Origin: Yuukianura sp. NJ FZ-2021
Lineage: Eukaryota
Direction of reading: 5' to 3'
Assembly (NCBI GenBank): GCA_046563655.1
Contig: CM102290.1
Coordinates: 14,880,001 to 14,944,000, forward strand
DNA length: 64,000 nucleotides
Shown here: positions 61,265 to 64,000 of the stretch, one piece after another
How positions within the stretch are numbered: the stretch's first letter is position 1
Layout of the letters: every line of letters starts with the position of its first letter
Translations under genes and position numbers: made by a program
The notes under the pieces: generated by a model
What the model saw: only the letters and a program-made list of their open reading frames with translations
Database searches by the model: none
Told to the model about the DNA's origin: nothing

Positions 61265-64000
61265 TTAAGTAAAATGAGAGTGAACAAACCTTGCGTGTAC
61301 TGTGGTAGGAGTTTTAGGGTAACTTTTTAATATTTGATGGTTGGAATGAGGCGCAGAAGTGTTGGTTTTTTGGAAGTGGGTTTGTACGTGGGACTGTGGG
61401 ACGCTGTTGCAGTTACCTGTTGGACACTGGAGCTACAAGTTAGTTGCTCAGTTGCCTTAAAAGTAAGTTGGAGAGATGCGGTGGAGCTCAGTGTACCTGT
61501 TGGACTCCTTCCAGCAACTCTGCACTACCATCCACTCCTTTCTCCAAACCACTTTCACCACGTTTCAACATACACGTTCTAACACACTGGACAACTCACG
61601 TTCTCAGGCTGGAACCAATTCAACCAACGCAGGCAAGGTATTACAAAAATTAGTTATTTCAAAGTCTTTCAAAACTTCGACTTTATGAGTTTTCATTTTC
61701 ACGATTTTTTTTAAATAGTGTTTTTGTTAGGCTTGACGCTTCATAACCGCAACGATTTGTACTTAGAGGCTCAAATTTTAACTCAAATTCACAAAAAAAA
61801 ATGAAAGAAACTGAAATTTTTTGATTTCTTTGTGGGCGAAAAAAAAGTTGGACGTTTGGTGGAAATTAGAAGGTTTTTGTAGGAGAAGGTTCGATTTTCC
61901 TTTTAACTTTGACTTTAGTTCAAACGTTTCAAAATTTTTGAAAAAGAAGTTAGGTAGGAGGAATTTTTGAAAATTGGGAATGAGATTAATTCTGTTTGGT
62001 TACTAAAGGCTGAAAGCATTTCTGTTTTCACTTTTAGATTTTCTTTTGATGTTCTTCGTTTGTGATTCTGCGGTTTCACCTCCCTCTCCACTTTTCAAAT
62101 TTTCGAAATACAAATTTTCAAAATCCTGGACATGACGCCAACCTCAAAATTTGGACAAACGAGAGAGAGAGAGAGTTTGTGATTCTGTTGTGATGGGGCC
62201 ACTTATGCCCAAGTCCTTTGTCAATTCTTTGTTTACTAGCAACTAAGCCTTACAACCTAACCTAACAAGGTTCCTAGACTTAGCAGTTGTTTAGGCTGTG
62301 TTTCGGAGGGAGTAACTATTACCATCTTCAAACAAACATGAAAGTCAAGGCTCCAGGTCATGCACTATTTTCAAAATTTAAAAAAAAATTGATTTTTCAT
62401 AATCCAAAACACCTTTCAAACACAACTAACAAAAAACTTTAAGTTTTTTTTGTTAATTTAACTTGAAGTAATTGTAAACAGGTTAAATGTTGAATTTCGT
62501 TAGTTAGGTTTCTGTTTTTAGAAAAAAAACAAAGTTCAATTTTTTTTGTTTCTGACTTCTTTTTAAAAACAAAGTATGAAATTTTGTATGAGATCACATG
62601 ACTAAAAAAAAGTGAAGGAAATTTACGTGATTTTGAGACGGAAACGTACGCTTTCTCTTTCTTTTTGTTTATGTCTTGCGGGAAAAAGCCAATTTATCTT
62701 GTTAACTTGGCTAAGCTCCTTTCCCTCAACAAAACAAAACAGAAACAACTTGCTTCTAAACACAATTTTACCAAAATGGATTTTTTTTTTTCAAAAACGA
62801 CTAGTTTTTTGAAAACGAGTTTCAAAAAATGCTAGTCTGGTTTTAATTAGTTCCGTTTTTTAATTCAGCTAGTCTAATTTAAACTCGAACAAAACAAATG
62901 AGCCGTACGTGATTTTCCAAATTCCTATTCTTTTGAAAGTTGTTAACAATCAATTCTACGAACTAAATTTTAGTTTTTCTGGAAAAGTTTTTTTTTCAAA
63001 ATTTTTGTACCAGATTGAAACAATTTTTGTCTGTGCGTGCTTCTCCAAACTGTTGTTTGACCGTCGGCTTTTGGCTTTAACTTGAAAATAACGTTTTTTA
63101 AGTTGCCAATTACGGAAGTGTTTGACCAGTTCTATTGCTCCGGGGATTTTCCAAAAAAGTACACAATGTTCCAAATTTTTTAAAAGTGGCTTTTTTTCAA
63201 ATTTGAAATTTTGACAACCGAGTTGTGAAAAAGGTTGAAGAAGACTCGTGCCAGGGCTAGAGAGGAGATGCAATTCCTTAAATCCTTTTTCCAGTCTAGG
63301 TGTTTCGTTAGGCTAAAGTTAGGCTAGGCTTTTTTCTTGTTAGGCTACAGTTAGGTTATGCTAAAGTTAGGTTATGTGTTTTCCTTTCACCTTTGACTTC
63401 CGTTCCAGTGATGGGTTCCAGGATTAGGTTAGCGGAAGTTTGTTGCTCCTCTCACGTAATCCCACCGTCCTCCACCTTCAATCCTCCAAAATTCTACATT
63501 CTCAAAAGAAACGCCAAAATTCAAATTTTGGTTTAAAAAGGCAGTAAGGCACTTCAAAATTTTTGAGGGAAAATATTTTTTTATTTCCAAGAAAACATTA
63601 TCCGTTAGTAACAAGGAAAAGCGATGCCATGAAAAATTAATAATAATAATAATAATAATAAATTAATAATATAAATTATTATAAATTTCGAAAAAGAAAA
63701 GTGCATAAACAATGCCAACACACTTTGTTCAAGTTCAACTAAAACTGTTTCCCTTCTTTCTTATTTTTTCAACATTTTGACGTCAAATAAGCATAACGTC
63801 ACATTTTGTCAAATACAAATTTTTGACAACAACTTCCATTCATTTTCAACTTTTTTTTCTCAAGAGGTCATTGACCTTCACCTGAAACTTTCAAAAGTTT
63901 GAACAAAAAATGCAATCATGACTTTCCCTCGACTTTTTGAAATTCAATTTTGATAAAACATTTGAGTAGTTCTTACCTTTGTTGTCTAATGTTTGAAAAA

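Overview
This is eukaryotic DNA: a compact, intron-rich arthropod-type genome segment. The AKH neuropeptide gene and the insect-like Gyc88E, Cfp1 and Ets98B orthologues support that assignment. Twelve spliced protein-coding genes could be reconstructed by hand: SPATA1-like (-, runs off the left edge), CXXC1/Cfp1 (+), an adipokinetic hormone precursor (-), SPDEF/Ets98B (-), TMEM165 (+), atypical soluble guanylyl cyclase Gyc88E-like (+), an uncharacterised mucin-like type I membrane protein (-), an uncharacterised AT-hook/Cys-motif protein (+), SF3A2 (+), RpL27A (-), exportin-5 (+) and BCAS3/rudhira (+). Introns and spacers hold several MITEs (one with a perfect 8-bp TSD, two of a TTAA-flanked family), three degenerate tRNA-like elements and short tandem repeats. 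There are no CRISPR or prokaryotic features. The most unusual observations are: interlocked antisense 3' ends of Cfp1 and AKH; a degenerate CXXC finger in Cfp1; a single-base frameshift splitting a long reading frame inside a 27-bp coding repeat; up to three GC-AG introns; a stop-free 90-nt intron flanked by a 9-bp direct repeat; palindromic A/T-tract introns; and a 15-mer recurring four times. I found no clear-cut novel multi-gene system. All protein identifications come from recalled family motifs, not database searches, and exon coordinates are hand-derived.
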